Origin: a virus
Lineage: Duplodnaviria; Caudoviricetes
Direction: 5' to 3' (one strand)
Length of the DNA stretch: 45,085 nucleotides
Virus record (IMG/VR): IMGVR_UViG_3300037048_000158
Coordinates: 1-45,085 of that record
Shown: piece by piece, positions 1 to 9,704 of the stretch
Layout: every line of letters starts with the position of its first letter
Position numbering within the stretch: the first letter of the stretch is position 1
Notes under the pieces: model-generated
The model's database searches: none
What the model was told of the DNA's origin: nothing
The model's input: only the letters and a program-made list of their open reading frames with translations
Made by a program: the position numbers and the translations under genes

Positions 1-2
1 TC

Positions 3-10
3 TATCTTTG
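3..10 (+). promoter_or_regulatory. Bacteroidota housekeeping -7 promoter element for the tRNA
   Basis: TATCTTTG matches TAnnTTTG, 11 nt before the tRNA 5' end. Confidence 0.7.
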
Positions 11-21
11 CACCTTCTAAA

Positions 22-103
22 GCGGATATGGCGTAATTGGTAGCCGCGCCAGACTTAGGATCTGGTGCCGAGAGGCGTAGGAGTTCGAGTCTCCTTATCC
101 GCA
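22..103 (+). tRNA. tRNA-Leu (anticodon TAG)
   Basis: Acceptor GCGGATA/TATCCGC plus discriminator A; anticodon arm CCAGA-CTTAGGA-TCTGG; long variable arm; T-arm AGGAG-TTCGAGT-CTCCT. Confidence 0.97.
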
Positions 104-106
104 CAA
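87..106 (+). repeat. attL core GAGTCTCCTTATCCGCACAA
   Basis: Exact copy at 44959..44978; covers the tRNA 3' end. Confidence 0.95.
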
Positions 107-155
107 CCTTTTGTAAAATTCTAGATACCAGAATATTACAAAAATTACCGGTTTT

Positions 156-184
156 TCAGACATGCCGGTACGTTTTTTCAGACA
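156..184 (+). promoter_or_regulatory. Candidate integrase arm-type sites (TCAGACA x2)
   Basis: TTTTTCAGACA ends at 162 and 184; the same heptamer is clustered at 44870..44915 inside attR. Confidence 0.65.
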
Positions 185-215
185 GGTTTGGCGTGGGGAC
201 GCGAAAATCTGAACC

Positions 216-1418
216 ATGAAAAAACAAGTTGATGTTGTGCTTCCTTACCTGGTGAACTCCGGGAAATCCTATTTCGTGGAATACAGGTGTTTTTATCCTT
301 CATCAAACAGGATGGAGCGATTCCGTATTTACAAGGGATTCGCAAAACTGAAGCCTGTAGAAGTGGATGCCTTTGCCCAGCAAATCATAAACTCATTTTC
401 GTTGAAACTGAAATCAGGCTGGAGGCCGTGGCTGAGTGATTCAGTTATATACCAGGATGAAACGGAATATTTCAATGTAGTATCCATTGCTGGCCAGACA
501 CGACGGGATAAAAACCATATCAAAAGATACTTCAGCGAATTCCTTATTTATAAGAAAAGTGATGTAAGCATTAAGAGCTATGAAAGCTATCAGTCGAAGA
601 TCAGGCGGTTTCAGATATGGCTAGTTAAAAATGGATACGGTGATCTTCTATTGAGAGAGATATCGAATGACATAATATCAAAGTACTTTTTTCACCTGAT
701 TCAGGTGAGAAAACTGGATTCGATTACTGTAAAGAATTACCGGGTCCTGATCAGTGCTATGTTTATTTATTTCATCAGTAAAAAGTTGGTAACAGATAAC
801 CCGGTGCATGATTTACCAAAAGCTACCAAGTTAGTGGATAATGCCGCCCGGCCTTTAACCGATAATGATATGAAGAAGTATTTAAATTACGTTACCAGGA
901 ATGATACTCAAATGATGTTGGCCAGTCTGTTTCAGTTTTTTTTATTACTTCGCCCTAACCAGGAACTGAGGCTTATGAAAATTCAGGATCTTGATTTGCA
1001 CCGGCAATCAGCCTTTGTGCCGGATAACACTGCCAAAATGCGAAAGCGGGTTGTTACCATTCCCCGGGCATTAAATGATCTGATTGAAAAGTATAAGTTG
1101 ATGGAGTACGCTCCGGATTTTTACATTTTCGGCAAATACGGAGAACCAGGGCCGGTTACGATCGGGAAAAACCACTTTAACCGCAAATTCAGAATTTACT
1201 GCAACATACTCAAGCTTTCAAAGAAATACTCCTTTTATTCACTCAAGCATACCGGTGCCGGCACCTTGATGGAAAGCGGAGCTACCCTTGCTGAGCTAAT
1301 GACACAGCTTGGCCACACAAGTTTTGAAAGTACAATTCACTATGTACGCAGGCATTTTGGTGAGAAGTCGCAGAAAGTAATTAATCTGCGACCTGAATTC
1401 CTGAAAGGTATTATATAG
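216..1418 (+). CDS. int: Tyrosine recombinase / phage integrase
   Basis: 400 aa next to attL; catalytic-type motifs LLLRPNQEL, YSLKHTG, LGHTS, TIHY. Confidence 0.93.
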   Translation: MKKQVDVVLPYLVNSGKSYFVEYRCFYPSSNRMERFRIYKGFAKLKPVEVDAFAQQIINSFSLKLKSGWRPWLSDSVIYQDETEYFNVVSIAGQTRRDKNHIKRYFSEFLIYKKSDVSIKSYESYQSKIRRFQIWLVKNGYGDLLLREISNDIISKYFFHLIQVRKLDSITVKNYRVLISAMFIYFISKKLVTDNPVHDLPKATKLVDNAARPLTDNDMKKYLNYVTRNDTQMMLASLFQFFLLLRPNQELRLMKIQDLDLHRQSAFVPDNTAKMRKRVVTIPRALNDLIEKYKLMEYAPDFYIFGKYGEPGPVTIGKNHFNRKFRIYCNILKLSKKYSFYSLKHTGAGTLMESGATLAELMTQLGHTSFESTIHYVRRHFGEKSQKVINLRPEFLKGII

Positions 1419-1980
1419 ACTTAAAATATCTTACAGTCTGAATTATTGTAATTCCGATGGCTATTACAACAGCTCCAAATAAGATATATCCGCCTATAAT
1501 CAGAGACTTCTGCCATCTTGTAATATAGTTAACCCGCTCAGGTGGCTTTTGAGTCACATGCTTTTTACTTTCCTTTATCTGTGTGATCCTGATGGCGTCC
1601 TTAATTTTAGCAACAATGGTACTGTCCTTTTGTTCCAGCTCATGCCTAAGTATTCCGTTCTCGATCCATGCCCGGGATTCCGCAAAAGAAGTGTTAAGAA
1701 TTGATTTTTTGGAAGAAACCTTTCCGCTTTTATCGACTTCCACAGGGATTTCAACTATTTTAACCTCCCCAGGTACTTTGATGTAAATAGTTGTATCCTC
1801 AGTAACTGTTTTTGTTTCCCGGATAATCATAATACTGTCTGATCCTCCCTGGTTACATCCCCACTTAAATGCTGCAGCTTCACATTTTCGCTGCATGCGT
1901 TTTTCTATTCGTTCTGGTCGGGTAGTAGTGCACGATGACAGTATCACCAAAATGCATAAAACTCTAAGTGTATTTTTCAT
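1411..1980 (-). CDS. Lipoprotein with C-terminal TM helix; putative unimolecular spanin
   Basis: N-terminal lipoprotein signal (LCILVILSS-C) and hydrophobic C-terminus (LIIGGYILFGAVVIAIGITII); last gene of the lysis cassette. Confidence 0.65.
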   Translation of the reverse strand: MKNTLRVLCILVILSSCTTTRPERIEKRMQRKCEAAAFKWGCNQGGSDSIMIIRETKTVTEDTTIYIKVPGEVKIVEIPVEVDKSGKVSSKKSILNTSFAESRAWIENGILRHELEQKDSTIVAKIKDAIRITQIKESKKHVTQKPPERVNYITRWQKSLIIGGYILFGAVVIAIGITIIQTVRYFKSI

Positions 1981-2399
1981 TGATTTGTTTGTTTTATTAA
2001 TCCGTTGATTTTCTCTATAAGACTATTGTTTTCGCGTTTTAATGATTCAATCTGATCATGCATTGCGGCTTGACCAGTAATTAACTCAACATTTTGCTTT
2101 TTAACCAGGTCAAGTTCTTTGATTGTTCGCTGAAGCTTCTCGAGCAGAATGCAATTTTCTTTTTCCAGATTGGCTATCTGAATTCTCATTGATGACTGAG
2201 CATCCAGCAGCTGAGCATTCTGGCTCTGTATATCAACCAGTCTATTAAGTGTAGTAGTGTAATTCTTACTCAGAATCTCGATTGAGTTTTGAAGCTCGCT
2301 CAGAAAATCGTTGTTTCTCTTTTTTCTGGAAAATAACCAGGTTACTATTCCTGTTAATGAGCCACTGGTAATAGCAGTAATTAGAAGATCGAAACCCAT
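1977..2399 (-). CDS. Holin-like / lysis accessory protein (N-terminal TM plus coiled coil)
   Basis: Likely start MGFDLL at 2399, just after the endolysin stop; one hydrophobic helix followed by RKKR and heptad repeats. Confidence 0.55.
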   Translation of the reverse strand: MGFDLLITAITSGSLTGIVTWLFSRKKRNNDFLSELQNSIEILSKNYTTTLNRLVDIQSQNAQLLDAQSSMRIQIANLEKENCILLEKLQRTIKELDLVKKQNVELITGQAAMHDQIESLKRENNSLIEKINGLIKQTNQ

Positions 2400-2400
2400 T

Positions 2401-2784
2401 TTATTTGAAATTAAAGTATTTAAGAGGGTCAACCCATGACCCGTTCTTTTTTACGGTAAAATGTACATGAGGTCCGGTACTGGCACCTGTATTTCCGGAT
2501 AAAGCAATGGTATCACCCATATTAACGCTATCACCTATTTTTTTTAACTGCTCACTCAGATGTGCAAATCCAAAACGGATACCGCTTTGCGATACCATGG
2601 CCATACTTTTACCGCCTTTATCGTGATTCCATACTTCAGTAATTTTCCCTGACTCAGGGGCCTGAACCGGAGTTCCCACAGCTACAGCGATATCAACGCC
2701 ATTGTGAAAACTTTGAGTTTTTTTAACAGGATGGACCCGGTTACCAAATCGGCCGGTAATTCTTCCTTTAACTGGTGAGATCAT
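2401..2784 (-). CDS. M23-family peptidase endolysin
   Basis: HNGVD and STGPHVHF zinc-binding motifs, C-terminal VDP; catalytic domain only. Confidence 0.9.
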   Translation of the reverse strand: MISPVKGRITGRFGNRVHPVKKTQSFHNGVDIAVAVGTPVQAPESGKITEVWNHDKGGKSMAMVSQSGIRFGFAHLSEQLKKIGDSVNMGDTIALSGNTGASTGPHVHFTVKKNGSWVDPLKYFNFK

Positions 2785-2801
2785 GACCTTTATCTTTTAT
2801 G

Positions 2802-2837
2802 CTAATTAAAGGTCGTTTAGTGCGATTTTAAAGGACA
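2802..2837 (-). promoter_or_regulatory. Putative phage late promoter (lysis)
   Basis: TGTCCTTT-N20-TTAATTAG on the minus strand; one of five same-spaced copies, with the weakest -7 match. Confidence 0.6.
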
Positions 2838-2839
2838 AA

Positions 2840-5053
2840 TTAATAAGGCAATAAAGTAAGTTCTGCGATGCCGGCACCGTTCCGGCCAATGCTTCCGCGG
2901 TACTCTGCAATCAGATAATTTACGCCATTTATTGAATATTTTTTCGAGAACTTTAATCCCTGCAGAAATTTGTCATCCGGAAGGATCCTCACCGTGACTG
3001 ATGGTGTTGTTGTCCTCCAGGTGAGATATCGCTTCCATTTCTTTTCATATAAGCCATTTTCGCCATCAAGTCTGAGTGATAGTTCGGCTCCATCAATAGC
3101 AGCTCCGGAAGGATCGTAGATATCATTGCTGGCAAATGGGTAGTCTGCAGCTTCACTATCGGGATGCATACCATGGTAGAACAGGATCCCGGCCACCCAT
3201 TTCGTTTGAAACATTTCTGGAGCGCCTTCGAACTTTCCGGCCTGGTGGCTGGCAGGTATTAGCCATCCGCGGCCCGTTGATCCTAATACATCATCGATAA
3301 GCTGAGGGCTTCGCATTAAAACAGGACATAGCTCGCTGCTTAGCTCCTGTGTATTAATTCCTGTCTCTATTTCTGTAATGAAATTATTTGAATGCCTTAC
3401 CCAATCAAATCTGTAAGTATCCGGATTATACTTCCAGACATAATAACCACTTAGAAGAGTTACGTAATAACAATCATTCAATGTTCCGGCTGCCGGAAGA
3501 TCAAAAAAAGTCGCAGCTACACCCATATAATTTAAACCCTCGAGAGATTTCACATTCTCAAAATATTTATCTGCTGAAGGCCCCTTCTGAATGAGTTTTA
3601 TTCCTGTGATTTTCTTTTCGATGTTAACCCTGAGCGGTTCTGTTACCAGGTGAGTGATATCCTCACACGCGAGTTCAGTCAGGATATTTTCAAGAAAGTT
3701 GAATGTCAGGATCTTTCTTTGATTATCGATTTCATATGACATGCCAAACAAGTTTCCTAGATGCTTGAGTAAGTCATAAACGGTCCAGTCCGGAACATGA
3801 TCCTGCAGGTTGAAACCTGACTTTGCTTTTATTATCCTGGTATTGTCATCCAGAAATTCATTTTCAACAAAATGATTAATTAACACAGTATATTTTAGCT
3901 CATCTTCAAACGGATTGTTTTCTATTGCAAAACCGAAATGGTGTGCAATCCGTTTTACCAGGTAAGCGAAATAAGGAAATGGAATAAAAATATTACCTGA
4001 GTTAAAGAATTGAGTAACTCCTTCTTCCACTTCAGCTTCACCGGATAGAAATGAAGGGAAGCCCGCGTTTTTCCAGTAGTTTACAACTTTAAAATACTGG
4101 TTATAAAGTGTCTTTATTGACATGTTGTCAACCTGGTAAAAGTCATCTGCCCAATTTGAAAATATTTCCGGGTTCTGAATCGGGAATATTGCTAAATCAA
4201 CATCCGGATATTTGTTTTCAGCAATGTTGATCATAAAAGCTGAAACAGAACGAGTGATGGATAGAGCTGTTCCCGGATAAACCCAAAAGTCTATTCTATA
4301 TTCAAATCCTGTGTTTGCAGCTTCGAGATAAATATACCAAGTAAGTTCATCTCCTATCTCGACATCAATATCAATTATAAATGTTTCATCATAATAACCA
4401 TTCAATAACTTTGATCCAACTTCTGTTCCGTTTTTTAGCAAACGGAAATCTATCAGGTTTGATAAATTGGAATATATGTCAAAATCAAATCTAAGTGTTA
4501 CCGAACCAACCTCTGCACTTGTAAATTTATCTCCAGTAACATTTAGTTCATTATCCGGATTAAGCGTTATATTTTCAAACGGGAGCGGTAAATCATGTGA
4601 AAAATCTTCTTCTTGAGTTAAATTTACATCGATGTTATACGCAACATTAGCTTTTACTCTCTGCTGATCAACATCTGTAACCCGGTCACCACCCAAATCG
4701 AGTTCATTCAATTTAACCTGTTTAGCCAGGTAATTGAAATCACCATTTTCGACCGGGCACATTATTTCATAAAGGTCTCGGCTGGCTTCTGTAACTTTAG
4801 CCATTCCCTCGAATACAATGCCTGCACCGGCATTGATACGGAATGGTAATTCAACAAATGGATTTTTCACCTGGGGCCTGTGTGCATATTTAAATTCTTG
4901 CTTCAACTCGACGGTTGCCGGCAAAGTAAAATTGAATATAAAATTACCGCCCTGGCTCCCAATTGCCATTAATGGGTATGGCGATGTCCTGACTATTGAA
5001 AGTTCATTGTTTGCAAGATCAGCGATATAGTTTCCGAGTTTAATAGTTAACAT
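2840..5053 (-). CDS. Minor tail / tail-tip structural protein
   Basis: Large acidic, beta-rich ORF at the end of the tail module; start re-called to MLTIKLG (AAGGAG upstream), because a separate small ORF occupies 5064..5198. Confidence 0.6.
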   Translation of the reverse strand: MLTIKLGNYIADLANNELSIVRTSPYPLMAIGSQGGNFIFNFTLPATVELKQEFKYAHRPQVKNPFVELPFRINAGAGIVFEGMAKVTEASRDLYEIMCPVENGDFNYLAKQVKLNELDLGGDRVTDVDQQRVKANVAYNIDVNLTQEEDFSHDLPLPFENITLNPDNELNVTGDKFTSAEVGSVTLRFDFDIYSNLSNLIDFRLLKNGTEVGSKLLNGYYDETFIIDIDVEIGDELTWYIYLEAANTGFEYRIDFWVYPGTALSITRSVSAFMINIAENKYPDVDLAIFPIQNPEIFSNWADDFYQVDNMSIKTLYNQYFKVVNYWKNAGFPSFLSGEAEVEEGVTQFFNSGNIFIPFPYFAYLVKRIAHHFGFAIENNPFEDELKYTVLINHFVENEFLDDNTRIIKAKSGFNLQDHVPDWTVYDLLKHLGNLFGMSYEIDNQRKILTFNFLENILTELACEDITHLVTEPLRVNIEKKITGIKLIQKGPSADKYFENVKSLEGLNYMGVAATFFDLPAAGTLNDCYYVTLLSGYYVWKYNPDTYRFDWVRHSNNFITEIETGINTQELSSELCPVLMRSPQLIDDVLGSTGRGWLIPASHQAGKFEGAPEMFQTKWVAGILFYHGMHPDSEAADYPFASNDIYDPSGAAIDGAELSLRLDGENGLYEKKWKRYLTWRTTTPSVTVRILPDDKFLQGLKFSKKYSINGVNYLIAEYRGSIGRNGAGIAELTLLPY

Positions 5054-5063
5054 AATATCTCCT

Positions 5064-5198
5064 TTATTGCTTCTCTCTGATTTTTTTAAGTATTCTATCT
5101 GTTTCTCTGTTACTATCAACCAGGATTATCCATAGCGCAGCCAAAACGACAATGCAGACGCATAATAAGGCAAAGAAGATATAAACGGCTAATACCAT
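5064..5198 (-). CDS. 44-aa single-TM membrane protein (not in ORF track)
   Basis: MVLAVYIFFALLCVCIVVLAALWIILVDSNRETDRILKKIREKQ; AAAGGA upstream; fills the intergenic gap. Confidence 0.65.
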   Translation of the reverse strand: MVLAVYIFFALLCVCIVVLAALWIILVDSNRETDRILKKIREKQ

Positions 5199-5223
5199 TA
5201 TAATAATCCTTTTCTTTAACTTT

Positions 5224-5763
5224 TCAATCTGCAACTAACAAATGGCAAGCGTCCCAAAGTGTTTTATAATCTTCACTTTCATTTTGCGGCATTTCTGAAA
5301 GCTGAATTTTGTGAAGTTTGACATCATCCCCACATTCTTCATTTAGCCAGTCGTTATACTCTTTAACGTCCGCCTTCCTTTGCTCTATCGCCTCAGCATA
5401 CTCTTGTTGAAGAGACGCTCTGACATTTATTGCATCAACACCGTTAAAATCAATGTCCAGGGTTTCAAACTCGCCGTTGGCTGTTTGCATAATTCTTGTT
5501 TTTGGTTTACCCCCACCAGCTGAAGCTAATTTTTCGTACTCTTTACGGAGTTCCTGCTCATACTTTTTGAATGCTTCGCCTTTCGGAATTAACTTCTCCT
5601 GGTCGTAGGCTTCAACCAGTGGTTTAAGATTTTGGATTGTTCGCGAAATGGCATAATTCAGTTTTAACCCTGTCACAGCCCTTAAATTTTTCAATCCAGC
5701 ATGAAGCTGCAAAACTTCGAGGTTGGTCAGTTTTCGGTCTTTTTTGATTTCAGGTTTTTTCAT
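5224..5763 (-). CDS. Coiled-coil protein downstream of tail fibre (possible assembly chaperone)
   Basis: Helical charged 179 aa; position only. Confidence 0.45.
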   Translation of the reverse strand: MKKPEIKKDRKLTNLEVLQLHAGLKNLRAVTGLKLNYAISRTIQNLKPLVEAYDQEKLIPKGEAFKKYEQELRKEYEKLASAGGGKPKTRIMQTANGEFETLDIDFNGVDAINVRASLQQEYAEAIEQRKADVKEYNDWLNEECGDDVKLHKIQLSEMPQNESEDYKTLWDACHLLVAD

Positions 5764-5784
5764 TGCGCTAGTTTGTTTAGTTTA

Positions 5785-8421
5785 TTATCTGAGTTCATAA
5801 GCGTACCAGCCTGTAGAAAGTAGGCCCGCTCCTTGTTGAATTATTGTTAAACCTTGAGCTTTAACTGTAACGTTAGTATTATTCACGACGCCATTTAATG
5901 AGTCTGTCGTGAGATTCAGCCTTAATGTGACGGCTAAGGTAGCATGCAGATTCACCACGTAATAGATTCGATCAACTGCTGTTACAGCAGAAGGCAGATA
6001 CAAGTTCGTGGTTCCTGCATTGATGTAGATGAAACTTTCGTTTCCTAGTAGCTGATTCGCAGAATTTATGTAGCGACTTTTGAGCGATATAGAACCACGC
6101 ATAGAAATATTACCTGCGGATTCTATAACCATTCTCGTCTGTGAAGCTGAATCTGAAGTTCCTCTGGTAGTGAATACAAGGTCTGTTGGGATTGCATCTT
6201 TAGAATGAGCAGTTGGAGCTATTGCTTGAATTCCTGCGGCAGGACTTGCATATCCACCATCATTGTATGGATAAAAAAGTATAGTTCCAACTGTTGCCCA
6301 GGAATTTAGATAAGTTTCGCCACCACTATTTCTATAACTTCTGAACCACATTGAGGGGCCTTCCTTCTTAAGTTGGTTAAGACCAGAATAAATAATATTT
6401 TCTCCCACGCTTAAATGATAGGTATTATTTACGGGCGAAAGAACAGTACTATTAAGTGACCAGTACTGCGTTGCGGATCCTCCCAACAACACTTGACCTG
6501 TATTATCGACCGTTAAAATCTGGGAACCTGACCCGGCGTATTCAGGAAATAGTAAAGAGCCATAAATTTTAGTTACATTATTATAAGTAGGACTTCCAAG
6601 TGTGATATCACCATCATTATCTGTTGAAGCTCCACGCCCGATAGCAATAGAATTATTGGCACCTGCGAATGAACCTACCCCTATGGCAATAGCATAATCA
6701 TTAAATGTTGAGGAATTTGTTCCTATACACAATGAATATAAACCTTCACTATCCGCACCATATCCGATAGCAATCGATCCTTCTACAGCGGCAACTGAAT
6801 TCGTTGATAAAGCTACTGAGTTACCTCCAGAAGCTTGAGCATAAATGCCTATATTTAAATCTCCAGTATATTGATCAAAAGTAAAATAATCTGAGCCTAC
6901 TACTGCAGTCCCATCCATAAATAGCACTTGCTTATCGCTTGCATTTGGTGTTGCAGAATTATAAGTCGTGTCGTACAATCTTAGCGCTCCTGCTTTAAAG
7001 TAATAAACAGGATGGTTCTGTTCCAACAGAAGATTGTTTGCTCCACTGTATAGAGTGCCTAAGTAAATGTAGAATTTACCATCAGCGGTCGTTGGTAAAG
7101 TCTGCGTAAGAAATGCCGTATAACTTGAACTATCAAGAGTAAAATTGTCTCCATCAAAACTGTTTGCCACTAGATAGACCGGTGCAAAAGTAGTTGGAGA
7201 AGCAATACCATTATGAGTGTAGTTAAAGGTAGTGAAACTAAGCATTGTATGGCTATACGCGGCTGACAGTCTTGTATTGGCAGCTGTATTCGAGGTAAGG
7301 GCATAGTGGAATAAGCCTTTAGAAAGGCTAAAAGTGGCTGTGTTAATAACTTTTGTAGTTCCCGTTCCAGCCGTAGTAGTTAAGGGTTCGGCAATTCCTG
7401 CCGGTGTTATTCCATATATTTTATATGCGGGCATACCTGATGCGCCGGACATAGGTGTAAAGTAGTTGTACCTTATAGTATAAGATTCTACCGAATCGGT
7501 ATCTACGTTTCTTTGCGAACCAATTAAATTAAAGTAAGTCCCGTCATAGTAAAGCAAAACAACACTTCCCGCTGCTAACGTTAATGATACCGTATTTACA
7601 TTAGCGCCATTAGAACGCACATTTTTAGCTCCAGTGTTGTTAACATTTATTGTTATAGCATTTGCTGAATTGCCTAATACAAAAGTAACAGCTAATACAT
7701 CTCCGGCTAAAAGTGAATAGTTTGAAATCGTTATAACTTTGGCAACTGTAGCTGCAGCTGTCGTTGTAGAACACGCTATCGGTCTGTACTGACTACCATG
7801 TAACCCGTCAAGGTAATCGGCGTTTAAATTTGTAAATAAATTTGTAGTTCCAAGTGTGAAGCTATCAAGGTTTGCATTGTATTCAAGCATACCATCCGCA
7901 TAATAATAGTAGAGGTCGCCACCATCATCGCCTATCATGGCTATCATTTCATCATTAGCTGTATGGAATAACCCATATTTGTAAAGCCATGATTGTTGGG
8001 CTCCCATAGCTACATAATCGTCGGCAGCAAAAACAAAATTCCCTTTTAAAGCATAAGATTTAAAGATTCCGGAGTAATGTAACAAACCAACACCGTTAGG
8101 CCCATAACTTCCGGAATAAAAAATACCGGAGGCCGGAGTAGAACCATACGCTGGTTGTACTGCATAAGGAGCGTATAAAAGCCCCGTTCCATCAAAAATA
8201 CCGTCAGTAAGAGCTGGAGAACCTTGATAGTAGCGTGTGTCAAGTAAAGTAAGTAGGTTTGCAACAGTACTCGTTTTAATTTCTCCGTCGGTGGGATCAA
8301 CAAGCAATAACCTATCGGAAGCGACAAGCGTTGGATGCAAAGGAGCAGTGGTCAAGTCAATATCCACATAGAATATTGACTTGTCACTTACTTCCCTGCC
8401 GGTAACTTTAGTTTGAGCCAT
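5785..8421 (-). CDS. Tail fibre / receptor-binding protein with YadA-head-like repeats
   Basis: G/T/S/N-rich mosaic with repeats SIAIG, SLCIG, AIAIG, SIAIG at 14-aa spacing. Confidence 0.75.
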   Translation of the reverse strand: MAQTKVTGREVSDKSIFYVDIDLTTAPLHPTLVASDRLLLVDPTDGEIKTSTVANLLTLLDTRYYQGSPALTDGIFDGTGLLYAPYAVQPAYGSTPASGIFYSGSYGPNGVGLLHYSGIFKSYALKGNFVFAADDYVAMGAQQSWLYKYGLFHTANDEMIAMIGDDGGDLYYYYADGMLEYNANLDSFTLGTTNLFTNLNADYLDGLHGSQYRPIACSTTTAAATVAKVITISNYSLLAGDVLAVTFVLGNSANAITINVNNTGAKNVRSNGANVNTVSLTLAAGSVVLLYYDGTYFNLIGSQRNVDTDSVESYTIRYNYFTPMSGASGMPAYKIYGITPAGIAEPLTTTAGTGTTKVINTATFSLSKGLFHYALTSNTAANTRLSAAYSHTMLSFTTFNYTHNGIASPTTFAPVYLVANSFDGDNFTLDSSSYTAFLTQTLPTTADGKFYIYLGTLYSGANNLLLEQNHPVYYFKAGALRLYDTTYNSATPNASDKQVLFMDGTAVVGSDYFTFDQYTGDLNIGIYAQASGGNSVALSTNSVAAVEGSIAIGYGADSEGLYSLCIGTNSSTFNDYAIAIGVGSFAGANNSIAIGRGASTDNDGDITLGSPTYNNVTKIYGSLLFPEYAGSGSQILTVDNTGQVLLGGSATQYWSLNSTVLSPVNNTYHLSVGENIIYSGLNQLKKEGPSMWFRSYRNSGGETYLNSWATVGTILFYPYNDGGYASPAAGIQAIAPTAHSKDAIPTDLVFTTRGTSDSASQTRMVIESAGNISMRGSISLKSRYINSANQLLGNESFIYINAGTTNLYLPSAVTAVDRIYYVVNLHATLAVTLRLNLTTDSLNGVVNNTNVTVKAQGLTIIQQGAGLLSTGWYAYELR

Positions 8422-8430
8422 TAGATAAGA

Positions 8431-9702
8431 TTAAACCGAGTAATTCACTAAGATTACATCCGTGTAACTTGAAGCTGCAGAAGGAGCTGTTGTGAAAGTA
8501 ATGGTTGTAGTAGCTCCATAAGTAATGGTATAGTCATTGCCGGCGCCGGCATTCATGAGGATACCATTTTTGAAAACCTCTTCAGTTCCAGAAAGTACAT
8601 TAGCCGCAAGAGTAAATACTGCGTTACTCCCGTTGACAACACCGGTCGGAACTGCCCTGTAGGTTCTTTGTGAAAGGTTGCCGGTATTGAGTCCCAGAAG
8701 GTTCCTGATCTGTGTAACAGTCAGGTCCTCCGGATCACCTGTCGAAGCGGAAACCCTACCTTTCATGGTAGCTGTTGGAACATCTGCCAGTTTCGCATTT
8801 GAAACAGCATTGTTTGCAATGGTTGTAGCTCCATCAGCAACTGAAGTCACATCACCGGTATGATTAGGGTGGACATACAGGTTGTAAAGTGTATCGAAGT
8901 AAGTTTTCAGCGTTGCCTTCAGTGCTGCCCAGGTAAGTTTCTTTTTACCGAAAGAAGCTGCAGAATCTTCAATGATTAATTCGTCAGCATCGACGGGAGT
9001 TGCTTTTGCAGCCAGGGCGCCAAACTCACCTGAAGCAGCCGTACTGACAAGACCGGAATTCCGGATTGCCAGTGGGGATGCATATTTTGCGTTATCTGTA
9101 CCCGTATCAATTTCGGCCCCGGTACAAACTGCGTTTGCTGTAGCTCCATCCTGAACGTTCAGAATTACCCTTGCCTCTGCAGGCGTGAGAGGGGCTATAT
9201 TACCACCAGTTTTCCGACCTACAAAGGTTTGCTCCGGAACGGTCATAGCAACCGGATTGTTATCGGTATCGGCTTTTAAGATGGTATTGGCATCGAAATC
9301 ATTCCTGAGTAATGCCCCATCGATGTTTGTCTGGGCCACTGTCCAATCAGCATTTACACCTCCGGAAGCTCTGTCAACGGTTGCAAGCAGCAAATCCCCG
9401 ATTTCGCAGACATTGCCCTTGATAGTGCCGGCTTCAATTACACGGTAAGTCCAACCTGCGTTATAAACTACCAGGGCGTTGAAAGCTGCAATGGTGAGCG
9501 TGCCGCCAGTTCCGACAGTTCCTTTGAAGACCATTGCATCCGCACCAGCGATGACTGCAGCTACGGCATCGTCGACATACTGCTTGTTTGCCGCATCTGT
9601 TGATGCTGTACAGGTTGATAGGTTAATTGCTTTTTTGTTGTTGATGTCAAGGTGATCATCGATGTACAATTGACTGCTTGACCTTTGTTTTGTTGTTGCC
9701 AT
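8431..9702 (-). CDS. Tail fibre-like structural protein
   Basis: DAANKQYVD fibre motif, HPNHTGDVT repeat, A/T/G-rich. Confidence 0.75.
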   Translation of the reverse strand: MATTKQRSSSQLYIDDHLDINNKKAINLSTCTASTDAANKQYVDDAVAAVIAGADAMVFKGTVGTGGTLTIAAFNALVVYNAGWTYRVIEAGTIKGNVCEIGDLLLATVDRASGGVNADWTVAQTNIDGALLRNDFDANTILKADTDNNPVAMTVPEQTFVGRKTGGNIAPLTPAEARVILNVQDGATANAVCTGAEIDTGTDNAKYASPLAIRNSGLVSTAASGEFGALAAKATPVDADELIIEDSAASFGKKKLTWAALKATLKTYFDTLYNLYVHPNHTGDVTSVADGATTIANNAVSNAKLADVPTATMKGRVSASTGDPEDLTVTQIRNLLGLNTGNLSQRTYRAVPTGVVNGSNAVFTLAANVLSGTEEVFKNGILMNAGAGNDYTITYGATTTITFTTAPSAASSYTDVILVNYSV

Positions 9703-9704
9703 TG

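Noticed and set aside
37-219. 60-aa ORF
   Set aside because: Overlaps the tRNA and attL; spurious.
1235-1250. Integrase inactivation (YSLKH instead of HxxRH)
   Set aside because: Y/K variants of this motif are common in Bacteroidota integrases, and the other catalytic residues are present.
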